From Lama guanicoe (lineage: Eukaryota), in assembly GCA_013239625.1 (NCBI GenBank), contig MU057202.1, forward strand, positions 3,423,101 through 3,487,100: a stretch of DNA of 64,000 nt, read 5' to 3'. Shown here piece by piece: positions 46,746-60,929 of this stretch (position 1 is the first letter of the stretch; each line of letters begins with the position of its first letter). Under the pieces are notes generated by a model. The model searched no databases. It worked only from the letters and a program-made list of their open reading frames with translations, and had not been told where the DNA came from. A program made the position numbers and the translations under genes.

Positions 46746-49700
46746 CCAACAGCCCCTGAAATCAGCGAAGGGCCTCAGAAACCAGAACCAGAGGGGCAGG
46801 GCTGGCCCGAGCCTGGCCAGGGGAGCCAGGAGGTGTGGGGGGCTGGGCCAAGCAGGAGGGAAGGAATCTCGAGGCTCAGCTGCCAGAAGCAGGAAATCAG
46901 AGATGCACAGTCAGGGGCAGGGGCAGAGGGCGTGGGAGGCACTTTGGAATGGACTGCACGGCTCGCAGCCCCAGTGCCAGGCACTGCCCCCACTCTGGGA
47001 GGGTCGCCGGGCACCACAGGCCCACCCCCTCCCCCGTCATCTGTCCATCAGACACACAGCTGACAGCCCGGTGCGAGGCCCTAGCTCAGCTCCAGTGACA
47101 CAGAAGAGAGTTAGAGAAAGTGTGGTCTGACCTGGGACACGAGCACCTCCGCCCACTTGGATGAGGAAACTGAGGCCACAGGGTGGCCGCCCGCCCACCG
47201 GAGCCAGGCTGTGAGAGGGTCTCCCTGACTCCACCCTGCAGGCAGTGCTGCCAGGAAGCTGGCAGTGGTCAGGCGGGCAGGGCCCGGACAGCAGCCCAGG
47301 GGATGTGAGCCTGAAAGCGGGGCCACTGGCCTCTAGTCCCCGCAGGGCAGTCTTGGGGGTGGGGTGACAGAGCAACTGGGGTGCATCTCCAGCCTGCCCT
47401 GCCCATCCCCTGGCATTAGGGCCTGGGGATGGAGCAAGAGGCCAGCCAGCAGAGGAAGAGTTGCTGGGCCCACAGGGGCACCAGGAGCAGAGGCAGACTG
47501 GCCTTGATGGGGAGGCCGGGGTGACTTCTGGGATCCCCATTATTCAGGGGAGAAAACAAGTTTTCAAGGGGTTTCATGGTGGGACAGCCTGGACTTAGGT
47601 CCAGACTCCTGGCCCCACAGCAGGGCTTTTGGAACAGGCCTCGGGGCTGCTGGTCTCAGTGCCATGAATGTGGCCTGTGACTGCAAGCCAAGGAGGCCCA
47701 GGGTATCAGAGCAGGCTGCCTGGAGGCGGCATTGTTCTGGCCTTGAAGGCCGACTGAGACTCAGAGAAGGCCAGAGGAGGGTGGGTCAGCCCCAGGCTCC
47801 AGCACAGAAGGAAGAAACTCAGCTGGGCAGGAAGTGGGGACCAAAGAAGGGGGACAGGGCCTGCTCTGACAGGCACCCCCACCTCCCCCATCAGAGCTGC
47901 CGTGGCTGGTGACCTCATGGGGGAAACATGCCTTTTCCTGAGCCAGAAACAATAGGATGGGGGTGAGGGCAGAGGGAAAGCTAGCGTGCTGCGCAGCAAA
48001 GGGCTCCTGCAGGCCTGGCTGGACGTCCCGCCCTGGCATGCGGGCAGGGCCTGCAGGGTTGGGGGTGTCAGACGCCCAAGACCATGGACAGGGGTGGACA
48101 CTCCACAGCACGGCTGTTGCTACCCTGGGCACCTGCGATGCAGGGGTGCTGCTGTGGCCGCTACTCTGCAGGTGAGGCAGCCGAGTCCCAGAGACCGGGG
48201 CTGGTACCCCAGAAATGGTGTGGGTCTGGGCGGCCCAGGGGGCAGAAGGCGGGGTCAAGGGTGGGAGGGTGAGAGCCCAGAGCCCAGGGGCTGCTGTAGC
48301 TCCCACAGCCACTTCCTCCTCTCCCCTCTGTGCCCCTGCTCGGGTGAGTCCCGTGGGCCTGGCCGGCTGCTGGGTCACAGGGAGAAGGGGGAGAAGGGCC
48401 ATGGGCTGAGCAGTCAGGAAGTGCTTCTGGGAGGGGGCGGTGCTGTGGCCTAGTCCGTGCCAGGGACCGGGGGCCAGGAAACTTGCCACAGCCTCAGTCT
48501 CGGGGAGATGGGGCCTCCCTGCGCCTCTGTTTCTCCCCCGAGGGAGCTGTTGCCGTGGAGACGGTGCCCAGTACCGCGAACCAACCTGCAGGACATGCAG
48601 CGCAGACGCCACCTGCCACGTGACAATTCCTCTGGTACAAAACTCAAGCGAGAACAGACACAGTGCGTGTGGACGCTAAAAAGGCCCGACAGACGTACAC
48701 CAAGCAGAGTCAGGGCAGGAGGGCCCCCGGCCACTGCTGTGAGGTCTCCTTTCTCACAAGGAGAAGGTTCTCACGCATCACAGGGCTGTTAACAAGTGAA
48801 CCGACCGCGAGGTAAGCTGCGGGGTGCACAGACGGCGTCGGGTTGCCGGGCCCAGGCTTCCCCTTTACAGAAGGGCCGGAGGCTGGGAAGGATGTGAGTC
48901 ATCTGGGTCCCCAGGACACATGGCAGCTCGGAACCAGACCCAGGGTCTCTGACCCGGCGGGCACCCCAGGCCTGCCCTACCACCAGCTGCGTGAAGCTCC
49001 TCTGGGCAGGCCAGGGGCAAGAGGCTCAGGGTCCCCAGGGGAAAGCTGCCAGGCCAGGGCGGCTGCCAGGGCAGGGGTCCCATCTGAGCTCTGACCGCCC
49101 GACCCCAGTGGCTGCATCTCCGGCCAGCTTGTTCGCTCTGCCTTATTTGGCTTGGAGGAGAAACCTATAAACACTTCCCTGTTTGCTGCTGCCAGCGCGC
49201 GGGTGGGGTGCGCAGAGGAGGAAGAGGCGAGACAGTCGTGGCAGCGGGGCAGCCCAGCGGCACTCACCGTCCCCCGCTGTCCATCCGTCCCAGGGGGCCA
49301 CACCTGCCATGCCCCCCGAGGCAGGGTACAGAGACCGGACCCAGACCCAGAGGTGATCAGGGTTAGATGAGACACGCTTTCTGGAAGAGGAAGGCTGGGG
49401 AGGCCGGCCGAGGGCACAGGGGGAGCTGGTCCACCCTGCACGGCCCCCACCCTCTGGGGACAAGAGCTGCGGTTGGGGCCAGCAGGGCAGTGCGGCCTGG
49501 CACCCTGGGGCCCTGAGCCCGTAGAAGGTGGGCGGGAGCTGAGGGGCCGCAGCCCGCCCAGAACCCCCCACAGCCTCAGGCACCAGGCCCACCAGCCGGC
49601 CTCCGCTCGATCACTGCCACCTGCCCTCACCTGCGTGTGGCACATGCCCCAGACCTTGCCCCAGACCCTGTCCCAGCCGCAGCACCACTGCCCCAGGCAC

Positions 49701-52700
49701 CCCCTCTGGGGAAGGGGTCCCCTCACTGGACAGACACTGGACAGCCCGCAGGGGGTCGTGGTGGGCCTGCTCCTGCCCAGCACTAAGGGCAGAGGAGGGT
49801 GAGGGCGCAGGAAGGAACAGCTGGTCCCCGGCCCTCCTGGGCCAGCACAGACTACGTGGCATGGAGAGGGCACCGCAGTCCGAAAGCGCTCTAATCCTCA
49901 GCGACCTTCAAAGGCACCCCTTCCTTCTGCAGGAGAGACTGAGGTCGTGGGAGAACGCAGGCCAGAGACAAGGACGTAGGCTCCTGGGAGACACGGGATG
50001 GAGCGCGGAGCCCCACGGGTAGGAGGGGCCAAGGGACACCGTGTTACCTACTTGGACCCTGGCCAAGAAGCCCAGGGCACCACGGTGCTGGCAGAGAGCT
50101 TAATTAGCACGGTGTCCAGGTTTAATCGGCATGGTGTCCAGGAAACCTGGCTTGACAACTCACCTGACCTACATAGGGCGGGGCCCCTCCCTGCAGTGCT
50201 AGCTCCGTGAGGCTACGGTGACTGCCCAGGGCCAAGGGGGCCTGGCGGCTGCCATGAACAGGACACCAGGAAAAGGGACTGAACCACAGCCCAGCATCTC
50301 CCAAGGTGCGCCAGCATTGCCTGGGAAAGTCCCACATGAGCCCAGGCTGGCACCCCTGGGCCCGTTTCAGATGGGGGAGACGGCTCCCCAAGGTGACCAG
50401 CAGATGAAGCACAGGGGGCTCGAACACCTCAGCCCAAGCTCTCAACCAGCACTGCCCATGCGGGGGGAGCCCGGGCCGGGGGAGCCCAGACGAGGGGAGC
50501 CCCGGCCAGGGGTCCGGGGTCAGGGTGGGGATGCTCAGACAGCTGCTCCCAGGGGTCAGGCGCTGATCTCTTGGTCCCCCACTGCAGGCAGACAGAGGGG
50601 TGCCGGGGTGCTTCTGCACTTCTCCCCTCCAGGCTGCTCAGACCCCTCCCCCAGTGCACAGCCTTCACCGAAGACCCTCAGCGTTGCTGGAACCCCCTTC
50701 CCAGGCTGTCAGCCAGCCCCTCCCCCAGAGCCAGGCCTGGGGCTCCCCTAGAAAAGAGCACCTCTCCCCACCCCACAGCCCTTTGTTTGCAGCTGGACTG
50801 TTCGTTGTGGCCTCTGTCTCCCCACCCCTCAAGGATCAGGGCTCCCGCCCCCACCACGCCCTCCTCAGTGGAGAGGGCTGGATTCCAGGCCAGGGGCAGG
50901 CCCACATTCCACAGGGAGGGACCTGCACAGAGACACCCCCACCCCCCAGCAGGAGGAGACCTCCCTCAAACCTGCAGGGTTGGTCCCGGCTGGCAGGTGA
51001 GGGGGCTGGCAGGTGAGGGGTAGTTACGGACACGCCCCCACCTACCCTGTCTGGGATGTGGTCTGACAAGGGGACCCCTCCGCAGGTCACCTAGAGCTCA
51101 GGGCCTGGCTGAGACACAGGCCACAGCCAGGGTTGCTTGGAGGGCCAGGTGACAGCCTGTGTCCCCAAGGCCAGTGCCCAGCACAGGGAGCCCTCCTGCC
51201 ACATGGACGCCTCTTCACAGAGGTCAGTCCTGTGCAGGCCCTCCTCCTGGATCCCTGCCACCAACACTGCCCAGGGACGGGCGGGACACCCTCCAGCCTC
51301 ACGGAAAGGGGCTCCCAGCTGAGCGGCACCCCTAGACCACAAGGGGCAGGCCCCACTGTGCGTGACTGGCACCAGGACACACAGGGCCTCCCTGCACCCT
51401 GGTGGGCACTGCCACGGCCTGACCCCGGGCTCTGTGCCATTTTTCACATGGGGAACCTGAGGCACGGTGGGCCCAGCTGGGGTGCCCATGTGCATCTCAG
51501 GGCCTCCCAACAGCCTCACTGCCCCGTTGGAGACAGCCCTGACCAGTTCCTCCGCACACCAGCCCCACTCAGCTGGGTCCCACCTGCTCTTCCCTGGACC
51601 CTGTCCCCTAGCTCACCAACTCCACCCCGAGGAGCACCTCACACCCAGGGGACAGACAGACAGCCCTCAACAACCAGAGTGTCCACAGATGGCCTGTCTG
51701 GGGATGTGGTGACAGGACAGTAGTGGGCGGGGGGGACGACAAGTTACCATTCCCACGTTCCCAGTGCAGCCGGGGAGCTGGCACCGACATCCTTGCTGGG
51801 GACACAGCCACTGCAGGCACAGCTGTCTCAGGCAGGAGGGGCCCTGCTGGCCATCCAAGTACAGGGGGTCCTCTGTGAAGGGGGCAGCGGGAGGCAGGGG
51901 AGGCCCGAGGCTGGCCAGAGTGGCCCTCTGTCTCTCATCCAGAAAGTGGACACCGCAGCTCCGGCCCTGTCCCCCCGGCCTGGGTTACCGTGAGGACCCA
52001 TGTCAGACATGTGAGGGGCTTCTGCCCGTGGGGGTTCTCTCGAGCGTGAGGGGCAGGTGTGGCTCAGAAAGCAGAGGCCACTTAACCCTGAAGGGGCTGT
52101 GACACCCTGACCCCCGTCATGCGGAGCAGTGCAGGGAGCCTGACCCTGGGTGGACAGCGCACTCCAGAAGCCTCTTCCAGAGTGAATGGGGCTAAGCTCT
52201 GGGTAAACAAGGACGCTTGTGACCTGGGGCCACTCCCACTCCTGCCCCGAATTCCAGGCTCGTTGACCTGACTGGGCTCCAGAGGCGGCCCCCATCCCAC
52301 AGTGTGGGGGTTCCGAGAAGTGACCCATCCCTGCCCTGGGAATGATGGGGTGACGAGGCTGTGCTGCACAGGGACCCTTGTGAGCCAGGACACAGGCCTT
52401 GTCCCTACACTGCCCCCTGGCTCTCAGGCTGAGAGCCTCCCTCACTCAGAACCCCCCAGGCTGACCACCACACGAGGGCCTCCTCACCCTCAACACGGCC
52501 CCACCTGGAGCCACTCAGGCCCCGTGGCTCTACTGCAGAGGACACAGCGAGGGTCCACACCTGCCACAGGCCCCACATCACACACACAAGGGCCGGCCAG
52601 GTGCGTGTCAGGCGTGGTCATAAGCCCCGGATGCCAGGAGGAGCAGGGAGCCCGGTCTGCCCTCAGTCCCCACGGTCTGAGGATTATGTGGGAAGCACTA

Positions 52701-54125
52701 AAAGGATCACAGGGAGAGTCTGGACACAAAACAGGAGGCGGGGGGCTGGCAGGGCGGGCGCCGCTCGCACGGTCCTGACCTGGCCGCCCCCTGAGGTCCC
52801 ACAGGCAACATCCAGTGCAAAGGTCCTGCGGCGACAGCGGGCCGGGGCCGGGGTAAGACTCACTGTGACACAGGGCCCAGGCCCCCTGCACAGACTGGAC
52901 CCTCCCAGAGCCCTCCGGCCGGCAGCCCACCTCCCCCTGAGAGTTCTTAATTGTGACAAGACACAGCTAACCCACCCTGCAGAGCCGTGGCCCTCCCAGT
53001 GGGGCTCCAGGCCAAGCCATCGGCATCGCCTGCAGAAGCCAGGCTCCGCAGGCCTGCAGGGGCAGGCCCTGTGGGATGGCACACCCGGGCAGGCGTGACT
53101 GCAGACGGGCGGCTACCTGGGGGCCTGGAAGGAAACAGGTGTGTAGGTTTCCCAATCTATAAGCAGCAGCGAGATGACTGCTCGTGGGACCCCCTGCCAC
53201 ACCTGGCCTGAAGCATGGCATCCGGCCCAACAGCGTGACCCGGGGGCCCCCGGAAGGACAGTGACCTGCCTTCCCCACACCCTGTTTCTCCCCCAAGTGG
53301 AGGCAGCGTCCACTTCAAGGCAGGCCCAGAGCAGCCGGGTCCGAACAGCTCCTGGGCAGCTCGGTGCCTTCTGGGAGCCACCCCTTGGGCGACGGCCACC
53401 TCGTCAAATGCGGGCGTCTGCCCCGGCAGACCCGTGCCTGAGTCTGTGCCCCAGCTCTGGGCCCAGGACATGAGGTTGGGGTGCTGAGTCAGACCCCCTC
53501 CCAGTGACTCAGCCAGCCCACAGCACCCCAAGTCCCTTGGCCTGTCTGGTCTGGCTTGTGCAATGGCCCAGAGCCTGGTCGCAGCCCGCCCCCTCTCCAG
53601 GGCCCTTCCTGGCACCTGGAGAGGAATGCCGCCTGGCCACCCTGGGCTGGCAGGCGGGGACGGGGTCACTGGCTGGAGGGAGGCAGCCTGCCCATGAGAG
53701 GGAGAGGCCATGAGCCCTTCAGGGCCCCGCCCCCGCCAGGGCTGCAGGAGCTGGGGGGGCAGGGCACCCCGCCCGGTGCTAGGGAGGCTGCCGCCACCTC
53801 TGCGTGGTGGCAGGAGACCGTGTCAGGTCCTGCTCAGCCTGCTCTGCGCCTCGGTTCCCCTTTGGAGAGAGGGGACATCCACAGGCCCTGGTCCCATGAC
53901 ACAGTACTGTTCCCAGACAGCGCCCCAAAAACATGCGACTGAGTGAGTGCCCGGCAGAGCTAGGGAGAGGATGGAACCTGGCAGGTATCTTCATTCTGGA
54001 CGAGGGTGCGGAGGTGAGGGGACTGCCTGACAGTGCGGAGGTGTGACCGGAGACGTCACACCCAGCCTTGTTTTCTTCGAGTGGCAGGCGGGCTGGGCGC
54101 CTCTGTAACGGGCCTTCAGGCCGGG

Positions 54126-54500
54126 TGTGGCAGTTAATTCTGAGTCTCCAGCTGCTGTGAGGGTGAGGGCACCGAGACACAGATCGGCGCACTGGGGACA
54201 GCAGACACCCTCCCTAACGTGTGGCCAATCAGAGCAAAGCCTGGTGGCAGAGCCTCAGGCCCCTAAGGAGGAAGGAATTCTTCAGCGTCCTTTGGAATTT
54301 GGAGTCAGGGTTGCAACATCGCGTCTTGCCTGAATTTCCAGCCTGCCGGGCTCCCCGCAAACTTCAGACTTGACCCACAATTGTGTGAGCCAGCTCCTTC
54401 CTTCTCTCTCCTCCTCGTGTGTACGTGTATCTGCATCTTACTTGAAACACCACACCTTCCCGTCTACGTGCAACTGGCTCTGCTTCTCTAGAGGACGCTG
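54126..54500 (+). mobile_element. Degraded MLT2-like (ERVL) solo LTR
   Basis: Begins tgtggcagttaattctgagtctccagctg. Contains ttcagacttgacccacaattgtgtgagccagctcctt. Ends ctctgcttctctagagga. The layout resembles the MLT2 consensus as remembered. Confidence 0.6.
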
Positions 54501-57500
54501 GCCACTGCACAGGCTTTCAAGTTACCGCACTGAGAACAGCAGGCTGACCTGGCCGTCTCTGAGGTCCAGGGGACCACAGGGCTGGGATGGACAGGGTGTC
54601 GGGGGCCCCCCGTGGGCTTGGGAAGTTCAACCAGCTCACAGAGACCAAGGGAAAAATCAACACTGTCGGCTCCTAATGACCAGCCTGGGCGGGTAGCTCA
54701 GCCCCACCCCCAGGACACCAGCCCCTGGAACGGGATGCAGCCCACGGGGCTCTGAGCAGCCACCCCCGCGGGGAGGACGCCAGTGGTCTCCCCAGCCTTG
54801 AACCCTGGCTCCAAAGGGCGGGGAGCAGGCTGCAGTCTCCCCTCAGCAGGAAAGGCTCCTGACCGGCTGGTGGAACGTTCACTTTCTTTCCTCCCTTTTC
54901 AGGAGTTTTTCGGATGCTGAGAGACTCAGAAATAGGAAACCAGCAGGTCTCACTCCTCCCGGGAACGGGGTCAGCTCCCACCCGGCTCTCGGGCAGCGCA
55001 CGTCTCACCAGGTGGAGCGGCGCCCACCAGGCCCAGGGGGTCCTCCACTAGCCCCCCGCCCCCTCCCCTCCCCGGAAGGCAGCACGCGTGAACTGTGGAA
55101 TATCCTTCCAGCAGAGAGCTACTCGTGTGCCCTGGAATTCCACGTGGGGTCACTTCCAGGGGGGCATCAGGGCCTGTGGCCGTGCTCTGTTGGGTCCGGA
55201 AATAACAAAAGTGGCCTTGACGGGCACTGGCCTTCCTGGGCCCGGCCCGTGCCTGCCAGCCAGGTGCCCCCGGCCTGGGCTCCCGGGGGCCCACCCCGGC
55301 CACACCCAACTCCAGGAGCCCAGAACCCAGAGGCCCCCACGCCCCCGCCAGCTTGTCCAACACAGGCTTGAGCGGATCTGGGGGCTTGTTCCCCTTTTAA
55401 ATCCACTTTGAAGCTTCCTGAGACACGAAGCCCCTGGAGGGAGTAACCGGCTTTGCTGGAACCTCCCAACTCACCCCACCAATGCAGCGCCGTCAGCTCT
55501 CAGCCACGGCACCGGCCCTGCGCTCGCAGGACAAGCCCACGGCGGGAGGAGGCCCCAGCACTGTCTGCTCCCAGAGCAGGGACAGTGCCCACGGAGGTCC
55601 CCGCAGGTCACAAGCCGAGGCCACTCAGCCAGCTAGTGGCAGAGCCAGGCCTTTACCTGTGGGGCAGACCCCCCAGCCCCCGATCCCCGCAGGCAAGCAG
55701 CAGCAGCCTCAGGCCGGAGTCTCAGGAGCAGAGAGGGAGGGGAGCCAGGAGGCCCGGAGCTCAGCTCCACACTCCCTTCTCTGTGGCCCCATCACCCACG
55801 GGACAAACCCACACTCCCTAACACCCCAACCCAGCCTTCCCGGATGTGCCCAGGGCTCCCCAAGACTAGCCCCGCAGCTCACACCCTCCTCCATTCAGCG
55901 GACCCTCCAGACCCAGGTTCAAACCCCCAAGGTTCTGGGCCACCACGCGGGAGGGGCCGAGGCGCAGGCCATCACCAGGGTCAGTCCAGCACTGCAGTTG
56001 TCCAGAGCAGCCTGCGCAGTGTCCCCTCCTCCCACACCCGCCCGGCTCTCAGACCACCCGGCAGAAGTGTCCCCACTGGCTCGGGATGATGGAGTTAGCT
56101 CCCCAGACCAGAGGAGGAGCAGCCACTTAAGAGCAGAGAGCACGGTCCCCGCACCCTGGGGAGGCGGCGGGCAGGGACAGGGCCGCCCTGGCTGAAGCCA
56201 TACATTCAGTTCCTGGAAAAAGAAGAGTGACAAAAAAGATTGAGCGCTGCCTCTCACCCACCACATCCTGTTTTTATGGAAAACTAATCTAATTCCTAAC
56301 AGCAAAGTAAGCAGCAGATAGCGGCGGGGGTCCCCAGGGACCACGAGAGACAGGCCCCCGCAAGGCAGGAGCCAGCTCCACCCCCAGGGCCATGCCTCCA
56401 TCCTAGCAGCTCCCTCCTCCCCAGGGAGGCCAGGATCGATGGACCCTTCCTGGCAGCGAGGAGTGGGCCAGCTCGCATCCACCTCCCCCAGTCTCAGCCA
56501 GCCCTTCCTGCCCCCAGAGGCCTCGGCCCATCAGCATAGGGGCAGCTGTCACCTCCGGGCTGCCACCCGTGGTGGCAGGTCACCGAGCGCCAGAGACACC
56601 CCCAGCGGTGAGGATGTGCCCCTGGGCCTGGCGGCTCTTGTGCCAGAGCAGCCTTGGCCGGAGGCCTGGCCCTACTTCTGTGGCCGTGTGAGCTACCTGA
56701 GCCTCAGTTCCCTCTCCTCGAGGTGGGGACGCCAACCCCAGCTGCCTCAGAGGCTGTGGTCGGGAGCTTGCTGACGGCCCCCAGAGGCCCGGCCTGGGCC
56801 CACCCGAGGCCGAAGGCTGCCCTGGGAGATGCCGGCCACCTGCCTCAAGCCGGGGGCCCCGGGACTTCCCATCACTGTGCCCTGACCACAGACACCCTTG
56901 CAGGCTCTCCTGCTTCTAAGAGTCAGGGCTGAGCCTCCAGGAACCTGCAGGCTTGGGTCAACCTGGGGGAAGAGGCCGAAAGTGGCACTGGGCCGGCCCC
57001 CGCCCTGTCCCTCTGGGTCCCCACTACATGTGGACAGGCTGTGTGGTTCCCATGCCCCGTCCAGCTGCTGCAGTCGAGGGCAGGTGAGCCGGAGACGTGG
57101 GCCACTTGGTGCCCCAGGGTGTCCCTCCACCTCCAGGGTTCCTGAGGCCAGGGGTGCCCCCGCCCCTGTGCAGACATGTGCGCAGGCTGGGGTCCCTCCC
57201 ACCTGCCCTGCAGGCCACACACACAATCCCACCCTCACACCCTTGGGCTGGATGGACTTCTGCGGGAGCCTGAGCAGGACCCTCAGGCACAAGCAGCCCC
57301 AGGACAGCCCGTCCCCTGTGCCCCCACAGGTCACGCTGCCCGCGGACTCCAGTTCCTATCCTTCCCAGCTGTGGGCGTGGAACCTGTTTAATCTCCTGGG
57401 AGCTGAGACCCTGCGCCGCTGCCTCCGGAGCCTGGGGCGGGACTCGGGGCGGGGGAGCACCAGAGACGTGTCCTGCCTGCCACGCTGGGAGAGCCCGGAG

Positions 57501-60500
57501 GGGCGCCCGCCACCCAGGACAGGGCTCCACGCACACCTGCCCGGCCAGCCGCTTCCCGCCTGGGCTGGGGACCGCCCTCCCACCAGCGGCCCAGGGAGTT
57601 GGCCGCACGGTGCGTCTGCTGCTGGCCCACGGGGACACCAGCAGCCGTGACTCAGCCAGACCCAGCAGGTCCCACTGCGCCCGCCTGAGCAAGCCTGAAG
57701 CCTCGTGTCCTCACCCCGCCACCCCTGCCTCACGGCAGCCGTCACCAAGCTGCTGGGATTCCCCGCAAGTGAGGCCACCCCCATGCCCGGAGGCTCCAGC
57801 CAGGGGCTCCTGGATGAAAGCGCTGGGTGGCACCCGCGTCCTGACGATGTGCCCGGGGGCGTGGGCGAGGCGGCCCTGGCCCGCCTAGCACTCACAAGGT
57901 ACTACCGCCCCCCTCACCTGGCAGGTCGCCCCAAGGGCCATGAGGTCAGGCAGGGCAGGCGCTAATCTTGCTCACTAGAGATGGAGTTACTGGGGCACAG
58001 AGAGGCCCCACGAAGGAAGGGCGACGGCTGGGGCAGTGCAGGCTCCAGGCCCAGAGAGGCCGAGTCGCTCCCCGCAGGGCGCCCAGCAGCAGAGCCAGGC
58101 TTGGAGACTCGTCTGACAGGACAGGCTAGAGGCTGAAGCTCGGCCTGGGGCGCTTCCATCCCACCACTCTGTTCAAGGCCGCCTGCCGCTCCGGCCGAGG
58201 AGGGGGGCCCGCGTGGCCTCAAAGCGGCTGCCGGGCAAGCCGGAGCCTGAGTCCCAGCACAGCAGGGCCTCGGAGCCGCCCGCTGACAGTGTTCAGGACG
58301 GAGGTCCCAGAGCAACCCCAGCGGCCCTCACTGCCCACCCGGGCACAGGACAGGATCTGCAGGGGTGACACAGGGGTGACACTACCCAAACACCCGTCCA
58401 CAACACCCCGACGTCCTGCGGCCACCCTGGCAGAAGGCTGGACTCCAAGCAAAGCCACTGCACGACCACCCCGCCAGTGGTGACAGTCCCACTGCCTTGG
58501 GGTCCAGCCCCTCGTGTCTCCACGGGCTGAGGTCACACACTTGCGGTCAGAACTGGAAGGAGGGACAGGAATCCTGGACCCTCTGCACAGGGGCCAGTGA
58601 AGAAACTGTGATGGGCCCAGAGTCTAGGAAAGCCGCCAGCAAGAGCTACCACCAAGAACACAGTGCAGCGAGGAAGCCAGCCTCAAGTTACAAGTAACCA
58701 GCGGACAGGCGCTGGGAGCCGAGTCCGCTGGCAGCCATGCTCACACCACGAGGTCCCGCCCGCAGACGGCCAGGCTTGTGAGGAGAGAGCCTGAGTCTGG
58801 CTGGCAGAGAGGCACAAGACAAGCGGCCTCCTTCCCCTCTGAGGGGCCACCCCTGCAGCTCCCGTCCATGTCCGTGGGTCACCCCGCAGAGGCACACCTG
58901 TCCCCACCCTGCCCCTTGACAGCACAGCCCTCCCCAGGGGCCACCTCATCCCACAGGTCCTCAGCATCCCGCTCCAGGCCGCCACCCCGAAGACACCAAC
59001 TGGCTCCTGGAAGTGTGTCTCGGGTCTGGAACGTGATACAGCCTGTCCAGCCCCCAGACTTCCCGGAGCCTCCTCTGGAGACCCTAATCAGTCCTCCGAC
59101 TGCCTCACACGCCCTCCGGCCCCTGAGGGTCAGCGGTCTCCTCCCAGCTGGGGCTCAATTCCGCGTGGGCCCCTGGCCCCTGCAAGTAACTCCTGGCTTC
59201 CAGCCCTTGGTCCCCCGCAGCCGCAAGGAGGAGGGGCAGACAGAGCAGGGCAGCAGGGCCCTCCCAGGGAACTGCGGGAGATGTGGTTTGCCCACCCGGT
59301 CCTGGGGGCCCGGGAGGTGATGGGGAGGGGCTGAGGAGGGGCTGCGGGGCCTCGCTCTAGGGAAAGCGGTGGACGTGTGGAGGGGCAGGCGGGAGGCGGG
59401 ACACCCCACGGAGTGCAGACAGGCTCTCCCCGTGTGGCCTGGGACCTGCCCTTTCAGCACAGGCCTGGCCTTGCTCTGGGAGGGGAGGTCAGCGCCCCCC
59501 AGCTGGAGTGTCTCCACCTGCAACCCCAGGGACAGGAGGCCACTTGGAGGCCCCCAGATTCGGAGGGCCAGAGTCTGGCTAGGCAGTGGTGGACGGCCCA
59601 ACAGGGCAGGAAGAGGGAGGAAGAGGGCCCAGTGGTTCTGGGCCCGGCGTCCCCTGGCTTCCTCTGCAAGGGACACAGGGACGCAGGACCCAGAGCCCAC
59701 CGCCTGCCCTGTGTCTAGGACCCTGCTGAGCCCTTTGCTCCTGTGCTAATCTCGTTCTCACGAGGTCACGTCATCTGCCCGTTTGCCAGGAAGAGGGAAC
59801 AGAGGCTGGAGAGGTCCCTGCCGAGGTCACAGAGCGCACAAGTTGCACAGCCCGCTCCGGAGCAAAGCTGCCCGCCAAGGGGCCCCTCAGGCACCATTCC
59901 TGGGCCCACATGGGGACTGAGGCCACTGTCCCTGGGCCACGCACACCCCCTGCCCGTCCCTCCACCGCTCCTGACTTCTGGAGGTTAGGGCCCAGCGGGC
60001 CATCTCCCCCGGCTGGAGAGGTCTGCACCCCGGTAAGGTGTGGGATGCAGCCCAGCGGCAGGACAAGAGTGGTCAGCGGGCAGGGCTGAGAGCCGGTGGG
60101 GCCCCGAGCAGTCCCAGCCAGCTGGTTCCAGACTCTGCCTCTGTCCACTTCCCACCTGCAGCTCGCGGCGATGGCCAGCCCTGGCCCCGACGAGGCCACA
60201 ACGACGCCGATGGGCAACAGCGCCGAGGGACAAAGAGGCGCCACTCCGACAGTGGGACAGTGCAGGGTGGAGCGCGCTCGCTCAGGACCGGGGCGGGGGA
60301 CAGGCTGGGAGCCTGGCTGCACAGGCCAGGGGAACAGGCTTGAGTCTGCCAAGCTGAGCCAGGTCCCGGAGGACAGAAAGGAAGGAGGCAATGCAGTGCT
60401 GACGTCCCGGAGGGGCAGGGCCCAAGGACCAGACGGCTCCTCTGTGGGAAGACCCCCAGCGGGGCACACAGGGCACCATGCCCGGGCCGGCGTGCACCTG

Positions 60501-60929
60501 ACAGCCCGGACTGTGCTGTCCTCGGAGTTTATCTGAAGGGAACAGTTGGAGGAAAAACAGGCCATGCACATAGATGGTCGCTGCGCCCCCGAGAACAAGA
60601 GGGAGGGGGGCCCGGAGGCTGAAAGGAGCCTGCTTCATCCGACAGGAGGCCCAGGGAGGCCACACTGAGGGCAGAGTGACAGTCCCAGCTGCAGCGACCC
60701 AGGACAAGAGCCTGCAGATGGCAGGACGGGGGCCTAGAGGCCCGAGAGCAGGCGGAGGGATGGGCAGGCAGCAGGGGAGGGGGTGGGTAGCAGGCAGAGG
60801 CAGGAGAGCCCAGCCCAGCCCAAGAGGAGCGGCCCACCCGTCAGGAAACACAGCGGGAGGCCCCAAGGGCCAGGCACCCAGGGCGAGGCAGGCGCGGGGA
60901 GGGCGTCCCCGCAGGAAGCTAACTCACTA

